NCBI GenBank assembly: GCA_965243025.1 | Contig: CBDETY010000003.1 | Coordinates: 3,552,001-3,616,000 of the forward strand | DNA length: 64,000 nt | Direction of reading: 5' to 3' | Source: Candidatus Latescibacterota bacterium | Lineage (GTDB): Bacteria > Latescibacterota > UBA2968 > UBA8231 | Part shown: piece after piece, positions 38,434 through 48,493 of the stretch | Layout: every line of letters starts with the position of its first letter | Position numbering within the stretch: position 1 is the stretch's first letter | Made by a program: the position numbers and the translations under genes | Notes under the pieces: model-generated | Seen by the model: only the letters and a program-made list of their open reading frames with translations | Told to the model about the DNA's origin: nothing | Database searches by the model: none

Positions 38434-38794
38434 TGCATGCCCCTTTCCGTGGATGGCTCGTATCCGGCGGAAGCCGCGGCCTGGCCGCCGACTCCCCGGC
38501 CGGCATCCAGCAAGGTCCGGACCCGAGAGGGGCATTCGGTTTCTCCCAGCACAATTCCGATCTTTATTTATTTTGTAACCTTTTGTTTTTATTGAGAAAC
38601 AGGTATTTTGATCCGGTGGCGCTTCCGCCAATTTCGAGGGAAACTGTTTCAGAAGCGCCGTTCTCCACCAGGGAAACAACAACCCCCCTGTGGGAAGATC
38701 TTTCCGCTGCTTGTTCCCCGGGGTGGCCCCTTCTAAATTCAAGCCCCCACTTCCGAGGTTTGGAACCAGTTCCCCGCGGAGAATTCGCAACATC

Positions 38795-39064
38795 ATGATA
38801 GACAAGGAGTTGCTCGACATTCTGGCCTGCCCTGAGACCAAGGAACCGGTGCACCTGGCAGACACCGGACTGATCGAAGAACTGAACGCCCTGATAGAGC
38901 GGGGGCAGGTCTCGAACCGGGGAGGCGGGAAGGTGGAGAAGAAGGTGGACGGCGGGCTTGTGCGGGAGGACGGAGCCTTTCTCTACCCCGTCGAGGACGG
39001 CATACCGATCATGCTGATCGACGAGGCGATACCGATCGGCGAGCTGGGATTGAAGGAAGGGTAG
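38795..39064 (+). CDS. Trm112-like (UPF0434) protein
   Basis: MIDKELLDILACPETK...YPVEDGIPIMLIDEA. Confidence 0.9.
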   Translation: MIDKELLDILACPETKEPVHLADTGLIEELNALIERGQVSNRGGGKVEKKVDGGLVREDGAFLYPVEDGIPIMLIDEAIPIGELGLKEG

Positions 39065-39085
39065 CGTCCCGGGAGGCAGCCCCCT

Positions 39086-40078
39086 TCAGATCGACCCGCC
39101 CCCCCACTCGAGCAGCACCCCCACCATGGACGGGTCCCGGTTTTTCAGCCCCTCGTAGGCCTCGGCCGCCTGCGTTGCGGGAAAGCGGTGAGAGACCAGG
39201 TGACCGACCTGCAGGCGCCCGTGGCGGAGCAGCTGCAGCACGGTCAGGGCGTCGTCGGCCAGGGTCCACCCGCCGTGCCGGGAGCTTTCCGGCCTGGCGC
39301 TGTTGTGGGCGCCGTGGACGACGTTTCCCTTCATGTGCACGGTGGTGTAGAAATTGACCTCGGTGCTGCCGCGGGTGCTCGCGAGCAGCACCACCCTCCC
39401 ATGGGGACGGACGATCTCGAAGGCGGTGTTGATCGGCTCCGGGTGGCCCGTCGCCTCGATGACGACCGCGGGGCCTCCGTCGAGATCGCGCACCAGCGAC
39501 TGCAGCCGCTCCCGGTCGGCGCCGTCCACGAGAACGTCGGCGCCGCTGCGGCGGCTCACCTCGAGCCGCGAGGCGTCCGTGTCGATGGCGATCGCCGGCA
39601 GCGCCCCGTGCAGCCGCGAAAGCTGCAGGGCCATCAGCCCGACGAGCCCCTGGCCGATCACCGCAACCGGTTCCCCGAGCTCGATCCCCGGGCGCCGCAC
39701 ACCCTGCAGGGCGATGGCCCCCATGAAGAAGAAGACGGCCTCCCCGGTGGCGAGGCCGTCGGGAATGGGAAAGACCTCGGAGGCCGCACGCACCGCGTGC
39801 CGGGCGTGGGGCGCGGTGCTCACGACCCGGTCTCCCACGGCGAAGCCGTCGACCTCCGCGCCGACCGCGGCGACGCGCCCGGCAAAGTTGTACCCCGTCT
39901 GCCTCGGGAAAACCGATGCGGTGTTCGGCATGGCGAGGAACCAGGCGCGCTCGGTGCCCGGGCTGATCAAGGTGCACTCCGCTTCCAGCAGCAGGTCGGC
40001 CGGCCCGGGCTCGGGAAGCTCGTGGCTGCGCACCTCGACTTCCCCTGCGGCCGGCCAGATCACGGCTGTCGTCTTCAC
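39086..40078 (-). CDS. Medium-chain dehydrogenase/reductase (BchC-like subgroup)
   Basis: ISPGTE, GY...G.V, GDRV...H, V.VIGQGLVG, VIEATG; GTG start at 40078. Confidence 0.88.
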   Translation of the reverse strand: MKTTAVIWPAAGEVEVRSHELPEPGPADLLLEAECTLISPGTERAWFLAMPNTASVFPRQTGYNFAGRVAAVGAEVDGFAVGDRVVSTAPHARHAVRAASEVFPIPDGLATGEAVFFFMGAIALQGVRRPGIELGEPVAVIGQGLVGLMALQLSRLHGALPAIAIDTDASRLEVSRRSGADVLVDGADRERLQSLVRDLDGGPAVVIEATGHPEPINTAFEIVRPHGRVVLLASTRGSTEVNFYTTVHMKGNVVHGAHNSARPESSRHGGWTLADDALTVLQLLRHGRLQVGHLVSHRFPATQAAEAYEGLKNRDPSMVGVLLEWGGGSI

Positions 40079-40311
40079 GTCTCCGCCTTTCTCTCGATGG
40101 ACATGGACCCTGCTTCGGTGTCTCCGGCCGGCCCCGGCAGGACCCCCCCTTTTCGGGCAGAACCTCGAACGGTTGGTCCACGGCGATCGGGCTTGCGGCA
40201 ATCGGACCCGCAGTCTCCGGAGTGAACGGGAACGGGGTGCCGCCGGCCATCTTCATCCGCTCTTGAGCTGCCCGGGTTCCCCCTGGAAATTACCCGGAGC
40301 CATGCCCGGCC

Positions 40312-41196
40312 GTGGAAAATACGGACGATGTCGCCCCGACCCAGTTCGGGATGCTGTGCAACCCCCGCAGGGACCGCGGGCCCGCGGACTGGCACCGCGA
40401 CATCCGCCCGGAAGCCCACGGCCCGGTAGAGGCGTTGTTCACCGACTTTCTCGCCAACCCCCCGAACTACACCCAGTGGAACATCCCGCTCTTCGACGAC
40501 GACGTACTCTGGGTCGTCCCGGGGAGCCACCGCCGCTTCAACACCGAGCGGGAAAACCGGCAGCTCGCCGTCAGCGAACACCGGAAAATCGACGGCGGCG
40601 TGCAGATCGAGCTGGCTGCCGGGGACGGCATCGTCTACCTGACGCCGATCCTCCACTGGGGCAGCGACTACAGCGGCAGGCACCGGCGCACCCTGCACTT
40701 CCGCTACCGCGCCTTCAACAACGGCAGCCTGACCCACGCTCATGTGTTCCACTGGCTCCCGCGGCTGGCCGAGGTCCTGCCCCGGCGCCACGCCTCGAGG
40801 TTCCGGGGGTTTCTCGACCTGCGCGACCGGGAATGCGACGCCATGGAGCGGGCCTTCCGCGCCATGATCGGCCGGGACGCCGCGGTTTTTTGCGAGGCCC
40901 TCGAAGAGCTCCACTCCGGGGAGGTGGGCCGCGTCTCCTGTCTGGTCCAGCTGTCCAAGGTTGCCAGGGCCGCCCTGCGGGGAAGAGGCCCGGTGGGCAG
41001 CCGCTTCACCGCCGCCGAAGCGGAACTCCTGTGGCGGCGCTTCGAGACTTTCGACCGCCTCCTCCAGGTCGAGGAGCCGCACCTGGTTCCCGGCTTCCAG
41101 GGGAAGCAGCCGTCGACCTACAGGTTCCAGGAGATGCCCGGCATCGACGTCGCCGGTTTCATCGCCGGCTGGCAGGACGGCGCCCCGGCCCGGTAA
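40312..41196 (+). CDS. Phytanoyl-CoA dioxygenase (PhyH) family Fe(II)/2OG enzyme, possibly 5'-truncated
   Basis: WHRD, QWNIPL.DD..LWVVPGSH.R, L.AGDG....ILHWGS, RRTLH. The usual N-terminal 'F...GY' strand is missing. Confidence 0.8.
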   Translation: MENTDDVAPTQFGMLCNPRRDRGPADWHRDIRPEAHGPVEALFTDFLANPPNYTQWNIPLFDDDVLWVVPGSHRRFNTERENRQLAVSEHRKIDGGVQIELAAGDGIVYLTPILHWGSDYSGRHRRTLHFRYRAFNNGSLTHAHVFHWLPRLAEVLPRRHASRFRGFLDLRDRECDAMERAFRAMIGRDAAVFCEALEELHSGEVGRVSCLVQLSKVARAALRGRGPVGSRFTAAEAELLWRRFETFDRLLQVEEPHLVPGFQGKQPSTYRFQEMPGIDVAGFIAGWQDGAPAR

Positions 41197-41289
41197 GGGA
41201 ATCCCGACCCCGATGGTTCCCAGGAAGCTTCCCGGGCCGTTCCCCCGCCCTTCAGAGAGTCCCGACTGAGCCTGCCCCCCGGATTCGCG

Positions 41290-43236
41290 CTACGGGGTGT
41301 AGTACCACAGGCGCCGCTTCTTCGGTTCGGTGTTGGGCTCGTACGCCCTGGTCCGCTCCTCGTTGAAGAAGAGCTCGACCAGCGTCAGGGGCGCCTCGTC
41401 GCCGAACTCCCGCTTCCACTCGCGCGCCAGGTACTTACACAGCAGGGGGCGGTAGTCCTTCTTCTCCTTCTTGCGCAGCGACATCATGTACTTGCGCCAG
41501 CGCGGCCCGCGGAAGCTCTCGACAAGGCGATTCGGGCGGTCCCATGAGACCTCGGGCGACTCCTCCCCGAAGACGACGTGGCGGTAGAGATCGACCTGCG
41601 TTCCGTCCTCCAGGGTGCCGACGACCACGTACCAGCCGATGATGCGTGGCGGCTTCGGCGCGAACATCCGCCAGGACTGGCCTACTCCCAGGATACGGCC
41701 GTACCAGCGGCGGTCGACCCGGTTCCCCTCCCCGTCGTCCTTGCTGTAAATCCAGCTCGCCGACGCCGCCGAGAACCTGCCGCCGACCGAGTCGGCGGCG
41801 AAGACCTCCTTGTTGTGCAAGATGCGGGCGTTCCAGAGCAGGATGTAGGCGAGGGTGGCCAGCAGAAAGCCGTTCCGCAGCCAGACGAGGGGCCGGCGCA
41901 CCTGCCTGTCCCGGCGCGGACGGATCCAGCCGGTCAGGCGGCCCATCAGCTCGCGGCGGTTCGCCGTCTGTTCGTACAGCCAGGTGCCCGGTCTCCGGAA
42001 CACCGCCCTCCCGAGGACCTTCCCCGCGGGCCAGGCCCACGGGGACCGGGAGAGCACGTAGCTGAATGCCTCGAACTTGAAGCGGCGCTTCCCCTCGGGG
42101 TCGGTTACCACCCACGAGTTGCGGGCCCGCATGTCGCGCTCGATCTCCGCGTCCTCCCGGGCCTCGGCGATGCGCGTTTCGGGAAGCAGGAAGAAGCTTC
42201 TCAGCAGCAGGACCATGCGGAGGCAGAAGCCGCAGTCGGCGTCGTAGTGGATGGTCATACCGAGCCGCTCCGGATCGCGCCGGAAGCGCGCGAAGAGCCT
42301 GTCCCAGACCCAGGGCGGCAGGAGGGCGAGCCACATGGCGCTGCATATGTACGAGAAGAGCCCGATTTGAAGGGTCGCCGCGAACCCCAGGTGCATGGCG
42401 ATCATGACGACGCAGGCGGCCAGCCGCAGCGGGCCGACGAGGAACGGAATCCAGATCAGCACCGGCACGAGGAACTCGACGTGGAGGGTCGTGCGGGTCA
42501 TTAGCTCGAGCCATGCGGCCGGCAGCTCCCGCATCAGGACCGCGAGCGGCAGGGCAATGTAGTCGAGCTGGAGGGTGTACCAGACCGCGGTCCGTTCCGA
42601 AATCCAGATCGGGTGGTTCTTCAACAGCGCCGTCGCCCAGTATACGATCGTGACCTGCGCCAGGAAGCAGAAAGCGGGGACCGACCAGGTGCGGTCGCTG
42701 CCTTTCTCCGGGCGGTCACGGGCCGGTTCCCGCATCGCCGCGTCGACGGAGCAGCGCGCCCCGAGGGGGAGGAACAGCGACCAGAAGAGGATCACCCGGA
42801 ACAGCATATCGCCGGCGTTGAGGATGGTGGGGTTCCGGTTGTGGAGCGACACCAGAAGCACCCAGCTGAGAAAGGTGAAGAGCCGGGTCCGGTGGCCGAT
42901 CAGCAGGCAGAAGGCGCAGCAGGCGGCGACAGCGAAGAGGAGGAGCTGCACCCCCCAGAGGCCGCTCAGCATGTGCAGGGACACCAGCCACGGAGTCGAG
43001 CCGGTGGCGACCCGGCCCAGCAGATCGACCCGCGGCAGCACCCCGGCGTCGGAGTAGAAGACCCGCAGATCGGTCAGCCGGGCGGCCAGGTCGACGAGCA
43101 GGAGCAGGCCGAGCAGGATGCGGAAGAGGGCCAGCGACCTCAGGTCGAGGCCGAAGCGCTCGCGCCAGCCGCGGAGCAGATTCCTGAGCCGGGCGATAGT
43201 GGAGTTCGAGGGGGAAGCCGCGGCCGGTCCGTCCAT
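41290..43236 (-). CDS. HTTM-domain membrane protein fused with DCC1-like (DUF393) thiol-disulfide module
   Basis: DLRSLALFRI.LG, SL.NRNP...GD, LPLG...S.D, MH.GF, YDADCGFC, Q.W.MFAP.P, RWRKY. Confidence 0.88.
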   Translation of the reverse strand: MDGPAAASPSNSTIARLRNLLRGWRERFGLDLRSLALFRILLGLLLLVDLAARLTDLRVFYSDAGVLPRVDLLGRVATGSTPWLVSLHMLSGLWGVQLLLFAVAACCAFCLLIGHRTRLFTFLSWVLLVSLHNRNPTILNAGDMLFRVILFWSLFLPLGARCSVDAAMREPARDRPEKGSDRTWSVPAFCFLAQVTIVYWATALLKNHPIWISERTAVWYTLQLDYIALPLAVLMRELPAAWLELMTRTTLHVEFLVPVLIWIPFLVGPLRLAACVVMIAMHLGFAATLQIGLFSYICSAMWLALLPPWVWDRLFARFRRDPERLGMTIHYDADCGFCLRMVLLLRSFFLLPETRIAEAREDAEIERDMRARNSWVVTDPEGKRRFKFEAFSYVLSRSPWAWPAGKVLGRAVFRRPGTWLYEQTANRRELMGRLTGWIRPRRDRQVRRPLVWLRNGFLLATLAYILLWNARILHNKEVFAADSVGGRFSAASASWIYSKDDGEGNRVDRRWYGRILGVGQSWRMFAPKPPRIIGWYVVVGTLEDGTQVDLYRHVVFGEESPEVSWDRPNRLVESFRGPRWRKYMMSLRKKEKKDYRPLLCKYLAREWKREFGDEAPLTLVELFFNEERTRAYEPNTEPKKRRLWYYTP

Positions 43237-43279
43237 CGGGTCGGTTTTCTTCAGAGTTTGGCTGCGCCTCTCACGGCCG

Positions 43280-44254
43280 TCAGGGAGACTGCACCATGCC
43301 GGCGCTCGGGGCCCCGTCCCTCCCGTCCATCGCCTTCTGGACGCGGTCGATGATCCCCATCACCGGCAGCACCTCGGAGCAGCTGGTCAGGGCCTTGCGC
43401 CCCTCGCGGACGGCGGCGAAGAACTCCCCGTCCTGGGCCTCGACTCCGGAGGGCCCCTCCGGCAGGGGCAGTTCGTTCCCCCGGTGATCCCGCAGCCCGG
43501 CGCCGCCGGTCACGTACGTCTCCTCCTCGCCGATGAACCGCCACTCCCCCTGTATCGGACCGTGGTTGTTGAACGACTGGGCGGCGCTGACCAGGCAGCC
43601 GTCGGCGGAGCGCAGGGAGATGCAGATGTCCATGGGCACCCCCAGCCGCTCGTGCACCGGCCCGCAGCGCCCCCATGCCTCCATGCCGGGGTCGCCGAGG
43701 AGCCAGTAGACCATGTCGATCATGTGGCAGGCCTGGTGCCACAGCAGGTCGTCGGTCCAGATGCGAGGCCTGCCGAAGCGGTTCTCGTTGACGCGGCGGA
43801 AGAAGTAGGTCTGCTGCACGATGTGGTGCAGGCGCAGGTCCCCGGTTTCGATCATCTGGTGCACCCTGCGAAATTCGGGGCGGTAGCGCTGGGTGTGGCA
43901 CATCATCGCCACCTTCCCCGACCTCTCCTCGGCCTCGACCACGCGCCGGGACTCCGCCAGCGACAGTCCCATCGGCAGCTCGAGGAGGACGTGCCTGCCC
44001 CGTTCCAGGGCGGTCACCGCCTGTTCGCAGTGGAGCTGGTTGGGGCTGGTGATCAACGCGGCCTCGACCCCGGGTTGGTCGAGGCACTCCTCGAGATCGG
44101 TGGAGACGTGGCCGATGCCTTGCTCGCGGGCGAAGGCCTCGGCGTCGGCGGCGATGCCTCCGGCCAGGCTGACCACCTCGACGCCCTCCATCCCGCGCAG
44201 CGCCTCCATGTGGGTCAGGCCCTGGGCCCCCTCCCCCACCAGACAGACCTTCAT
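43280..44254 (-). CDS. Gfo/Idh/MocA oxidoreductase (LigC-like)
   Basis: VG.GA.G..H, SP...H, HVL.E.P, HT.R, FFRR.N....G.PR.WTD.LLWH.ACH..D. Confidence 0.88.
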   Translation of the reverse strand: MKVCLVGEGAQGLTHMEALRGMEGVEVVSLAGGIAADAEAFAREQGIGHVSTDLEECLDQPGVEAALITSPNQLHCEQAVTALERGRHVLLELPMGLSLAESRRVVEAEERSGKVAMMCHTQRYRPEFRRVHQMIETGDLRLHHIVQQTYFFRRVNENRFGRPRIWTDDLLWHQACHMIDMVYWLLGDPGMEAWGRCGPVHERLGVPMDICISLRSADGCLVSAAQSFNNHGPIQGEWRFIGEEETYVTGGAGLRDHRGNELPLPEGPSGVEAQDGEFFAAVREGRKALTSCSEVLPVMGIIDRVQKAMDGRDGAPSAGMVQSP

Positions 44255-44379
44255 CGCCGTCTCCTCTCGTTGTTCGGTTCGTTCCTGTTCGGGCGGACGC
44301 CGCTCAAGCTACGGAAGGGATCCTTCAACTCCTACCCCGCCCCGGGCGGGCGAGCCAGCTTGCCCCCCCGGCCCCCGCG

Positions 44380-44404
44380 GAAACCCCCGCCCCGGTTGCG
44401 CGTC
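44380..44404 (+). promoter_or_regulatory. Candidate ECF sigma factor promoter
   Basis: GAAAC-N16-CGTC upstream of the VWA gene. Confidence 0.35.
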
Positions 44405-44598
44405 TCATCAGAAAGGTCATGGCAGAATCGATGGCCCTCGCTCCCCGGACAACCAGAAGCAGCCCACCGCACCGTCCTGCCGGAACAACTGCGTCTTCGA
44501 CAGCCGACCTGCAGCTCCCGCCCTCCGGGCACCTGTCCTCGTTGCGGCAACCCAGGGTGCCGCTCGCCTCGCAACCCCTTCACTCCACAGGCGATCTC

Positions 44599-46215
44599 AT
44601 GAACTCGAAACCCAACCCCCCCTGCCGGCCCGCCCCTTTCGCCAGATCGGGCTGGCCCCTTCTCGGCCTCCTCGCCTTTGCCTCGTGCACGGGCAATACC
44701 GGCAAGCCCGTGGCAGCGCCCGAGTCGGCTGCCTACGCTCCTTTGGCGGCCGCCGATTACAGGCACATATCTCCCACCTACTACTACAACACCGAGTCGT
44801 ACGCCCACATCGAGGAGAACGGCTTCCAGCTCGTGAGCGAGGCCCCGCTCTCGACCTTCGCCATCGACGTCGACCGCGCGTCGTACGCCAACGTGCGCCG
44901 CTTCATCGAGGACGGGCAGCGGCCGCCGGTAGATGCGGTCCGCATCGAGGAGATGATCAACTACTTCCCGTACGAGTGGGATGAGGTGCATGGAGAGCAC
45001 CCCTTCGCGGTGACCACCGAGGTCTGGGAGGCGCCCTGGAAGCCGGAACACCGGCTGGTACGCATCGGCCTCAGGGCGCGGTCGATCGACACCGGGGACC
45101 TGCCGCCCGGCAACCTCGTCTTCCTGATCGATGTGTCGGGTTCGATGAAGTCGCCCGACAAGCTCCCCCTGCTGAAGAAGGCGTTCGCGCTCCTCGTCGA
45201 GCAGCTCAGGGCCGAGGACCGGGTGGCGATCGCAGTCTACTCCGGCGCCGCCGGGCTGGTTCTGCCCTCGACACCGGGAGACGCCCGGGAGGAGATCCTC
45301 GCCGCCCTGGAAAACCTCCGCGCCGGCGGCAGCACCGCGGGCGGAGCCGGAATCAGGCTCGCCTACGAGGTCGCGAAAGAGAACCACATCGACGGCGGCA
45401 ACAACCGCGTCATCCTGGCGACGGACGGAGACTTCAACGTCGGCGCCTCGAGCGACGGGGAGATGGTCCGCCTCATCGAGAAGGAGCGGGAGAGCGGGAT
45501 ATTCCTGACGGTCCTCGGGTTCGGCACCGGCAACCTGAAGGACTCGAAGATGGAGCAGATGGCCGACCACGGGAACGGCAACTTCCACTACGTCGACAGC
45601 CTCCTGGAGGCCAGGAAGGTCCTGGTGGAGGAGATGGGAGGAACCCTCCTCACCCTTGCCAAGGATGTGAAGGTGCAGGTCGAGTTCAACCCTTCCCAAG
45701 CGGCCGGATACCGCCTGATCGGCTACGAGAACCGGCTGCTGGATCCCGAGGACTTCAACGACGACACCGAGGACGCCGGCGAGCTGGGGGCAGGACACAC
45801 GGTGACGGCCCTGTACGAGGTCGTGCCCGAAGGTGTCCCGGTTCCCGGAGGCTCGGTGGACGACCTTCGCTATCAACCGGAAGCCGAAGGGGAAACGGCC
45901 GTCGAGAGCGGTTTCGACGAGGAGCTGATGTACGTGAAGGTCCGCTACAAGGATCCTGACGGCTCGGTCAGCCGCCTGATGGCGCAGCCGGTCGTGGAGG
46001 CGCCTGCCGGGCCCTCAACCGATCTCCGTTTCGCCGCCGCGGTGGCCGGCTTCGGCATGCTGCTCCGCGACTCGCCCCATGTCGGCGACTACACGCTGGA
46101 CGACGTAATCGGGCTTGCCGAGCGGGGCCAGGGGTATGACCCGAGGGGCTACCGGGGGGAGTTCCTCCGGCTTGTCGAGACAGTGCGGGATCTGCGGCTG
46201 CTGGGGAGGGGCTGA
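44599..46215 (+). CDS. YfbK-like von Willebrand factor A lipoprotein (vWF_A + VWA + DUF3520)
   Basis: Lipobox FASC; PLSTF.IDVD.ASY.N.RRF, VR.EE.INYF.Y, MIDAS DVSGSM, ILATDGDFNVG, YRLIGYENR.L...DF.DD..DAGE.GAGH.VTALYE. Confidence 0.93.
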   Translation: MNSKPNPPCRPAPFARSGWPLLGLLAFASCTGNTGKPVAAPESAAYAPLAAADYRHISPTYYYNTESYAHIEENGFQLVSEAPLSTFAIDVDRASYANVRRFIEDGQRPPVDAVRIEEMINYFPYEWDEVHGEHPFAVTTEVWEAPWKPEHRLVRIGLRARSIDTGDLPPGNLVFLIDVSGSMKSPDKLPLLKKAFALLVEQLRAEDRVAIAVYSGAAGLVLPSTPGDAREEILAALENLRAGGSTAGGAGIRLAYEVAKENHIDGGNNRVILATDGDFNVGASSDGEMVRLIEKERESGIFLTVLGFGTGNLKDSKMEQMADHGNGNFHYVDSLLEARKVLVEEMGGTLLTLAKDVKVQVEFNPSQAAGYRLIGYENRLLDPEDFNDDTEDAGELGAGHTVTALYEVVPEGVPVPGGSVDDLRYQPEAEGETAVESGFDEELMYVKVRYKDPDGSVSRLMAQPVVEAPAGPSTDLRFAAAVAGFGMLLRDSPHVGDYTLDDVIGLAERGQGYDPRGYRGEFLRLVETVRDLRLLGRG

Positions 46216-46375
46216 ACACCCATTCATAAGTGGGTATCCATCGAACCCGCCTACGGAAAGACTTCAAACTCCCACCCCTTTCGCCGCAAGTTCCACCTTG
46301 GCGAGCACAGTTCCGTCCCGTATTCCGCAAGGGCCGGCACACCAATCTCCCCGGCGAGGCCGGAAGCCCCAAGGC

Positions 46376-46453
46376 GGTGATGCTGCTCGAGGAGGAAGGC
46401 GCAGTAATGACAATGCCTTGCATCACCGCATCATCGGCATTAGCATCTGATGC
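46376..46453. promoter_or_regulatory. vapBC operator array (GCATCA repeats and palindrome)
   Basis: GCATCA 46420, GCATCA 46428, GCATTA 46437, palindrome GCATCTGATGC 46443-46453, inverted copy GGTGATGC near 46376. Confidence 0.6.
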
Positions 46454-46469
46454 AAACAAGGATAATCCT

Positions 46470-46700
46470 ATGAGAACGACACTCGATATCGACGATCCCG
46501 TCCTCCGCGAGCTGAAGCGGCTTCAAGCGAAGGAGGGCAAGTCCCTGGGCAGGCTCGTGTCCGATCTTCTGGCGCGAACGCTGAAGGAGGATGCAACGCC
46601 TGACGCCGCCTCTCCTCCCTTGCAATGGATCGCCAGACCGATGGGGGCTCGCCTCAACCTGTCCGACAAGGATGCGGTATACCGCGCCCTGGACCGCTGA
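46470..46700 (+). CDS. vapB: VapB-type RHH antitoxin
   Basis: MRTTLDIDD.VL..LK......GKSLG.LVS.LL; directly upstream of a PIN toxin. Confidence 0.88.
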   Translation: MRTTLDIDDPVLRELKRLQAKEGKSLGRLVSDLLARTLKEDATPDAASPPLQWIARPMGARLNLSDKDAVYRALDR

Positions 46701-46724
46701 CCGCGGAGGAGCCTGGGCGTTGCC

Positions 46725-47156
46725 ATGAGCTACTCCCTCGACGTCAACCTCCTTCTCTATTCGTCGGACAGCTCCAGTCCGCTCCACGCCGAAGCCAGGA
46801 GTTTTCTGCAATCCTGCATGACCGGACGCGACATACTCTATCTGAGCTGGCCGACGATCATGAGTTACCTGAGGATCTCCACCCACCCGTCGATTTTCGA
46901 TGAACCGCTGACCCCCGAAGAAGCGATGGCGAACGTCGAGACCCTGCTCAATCTTCCTCACTCCCGCTGCCTCGCCGAAGAGGACGGATTCTGGGAAACC
47001 TGGCGCGCCACGGCCGGCGAGGCAGCGCGTGGAAACCAGGTGCCGGACGCCCATCTCGCCGCGCTTCTCCGCTTCCACGGGGTGCGCAGGATCTACACGC
47101 ATGACCGGGACCTGAGGAGGTTCGACTTCCTCGACGTGCAGGATCCGTTCGCCTGA
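46725..47156 (+). CDS. vapC: VapC PIN-domain ribonuclease toxin
   Basis: DVNLL.Y, RI.THP.IF..PL...EA, GN.VPDAHLAAL...G...I.T.DRD..RF. Confidence 0.92.
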   Translation: MSYSLDVNLLLYSSDSSSPLHAEARSFLQSCMTGRDILYLSWPTIMSYLRISTHPSIFDEPLTPEEAMANVETLLNLPHSRCLAEEDGFWETWRATAGEAARGNQVPDAHLAALLRFHGVRRIYTHDRDLRRFDFLDVQDPFA

Positions 47157-47302
47157 CGCGCGGGTACCGGGCCGGAGGACGGAAAGCGCCGGCGACCTGC
47201 TCCTTGCCGGACCGGGTCATCCTCGCGCGGTCTTTTCCGCGCTGGTGGTCCCCTTGCCGTGGCGAGCCCGTCTGAAGACTCAGGATCCCATTCGTCCCAG
47301 CC

Positions 47303-48493
47303 ATGAAGATCACCGACATCCGCGTCGTCAGCCGCGGCTTCCCCCGGGACTTCCCCCTCGTCGAGGTCGACACCGACGCCGGCATCACCGGTATCGGCGC
47401 CACCTCCTCCTGGACCCGCCCGGTTTCGGCGCTGCTCGACTCCGTCCCGGAGCTGCCCGGCCCGGAGCCGCCGTTCCGCGGCCTCCTTCTCGGCGCCGAC
47501 CCGGCGCGGCCGGCCGAGCTCTGGGGGCGCCTGTGCGACGGGGGCTGGTTCGGCCGCGGCGACGAGGGAGGCATCGCCGTCAACGCCCTCGCCGCGGTCG
47601 ACATCGCCCTCTGGGACATCGCCGGCAAGGCGGCCGGGATGCCGATTCACCGGCTCCTCGGCGACGTCGTCCGGAACCGGATCATGGTCTACGCCAGCAG
47701 CAGCGCCTTCCCGCACGACTGGGACCGGGAGGCCCCCCGGCGGCGGACCGCGCCGGAGATGATCGCCGAGTGCCTCACCTACCGGGAGCGCGGTTTCAAG
47801 GCGGTGAAACTCGGCTGGGGCAATCACTTCTCCGCCGAGGACGAGGAGACCCTCGCCGCCGTTCGCGAAGGGATCGGCCCGGAGATGCTGCTGATGCTCG
47901 ACTTCGGCTGCCCGGCCTACCTCGACCCCGGCCACACCGTCGATGACGCGCTACGCGCCGCCGAGGTCGCGGACAAGTACAGAGTCCACTTCCTCGAGGA
48001 GGCGCTGCGGCCCCGGGACGTCGACGGGTTCGCAGAGCTGACGCGGCGCTCCCCGGTACGCATCGCCACCGGCGAGAGCCTCGCCCTCGCCGCGGACTTC
48101 CAGGACTTCATCGACAGGAAGGCGGCCCACATCCTGCAGCCGGACGCCCAGCAGGTCGGGATCACCCAGTTCGTCGACGTCGCCGGGCGCATCGAGGAGG
48201 CCGGCCTGCTCTGCATCCCCCACTGCCCCTGGAGCCCGATCGCAATCGCCGCCCATCTCCAGGTGCTGTGCACGACCTCCTGCGGGGTCATGATCGAGTA
48301 CCCGGCCCTGGCGTTCGCGCCGCCCGGATCCTTCCGGCACACCTGGCTCGACACCGTTCACCGCCGCATGATCGAGCACCCTCTCGCAGTCGAAGACGGG
48401 TACCTGCAACTGCCGGAAGGCCCGGGACTCGGGCTGGGCGGCTTCGTGCCGGAGGTGATCGCCGAGATGGCGCGCATGAAACCGGGAGGGTGA
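47303..48493 (+). CDS. Mandelate racemase/muconate lactonizing enzyme family protein
   Basis: V.V.TDAGITG.G, A.DIALWDI.GK..G.P...LLG, FKAVK, LEE, ATGE, QPD, PH, P..PGLG. Confidence 0.92.
   Translation: MKITDIRVVSRGFPRDFPLVEVDTDAGITGIGATSSWTRPVSALLDSVPELPGPEPPFRGLLLGADPARPAELWGRLCDGGWFGRGDEGGIAVNALAAVDIALWDIAGKAAGMPIHRLLGDVVRNRIMVYASSSAFPHDWDREAPRRRTAPEMIAECLTYRERGFKAVKLGWGNHFSAEDEETLAAVREGIGPEMLLMLDFGCPAYLDPGHTVDDALRAAEVADKYRVHFLEEALRPRDVDGFAELTRRSPVRIATGESLALAADFQDFIDRKAAHILQPDAQQVGITQFVDVAGRIEEAGLLCIPHCPWSPIAIAAHLQVLCTTSCGVMIEYPALAFAPPGSFRHTWLDTVHRRMIEHPLAVEDGYLQLPEGPGLGLGGFVPEVIAEMARMKPGG

Noticed and set aside
46217-46260. ACCCATTCATAAGTGGGT hairpin as IS end
   Set aside because: No partner inverted repeat, target duplication or transposase.
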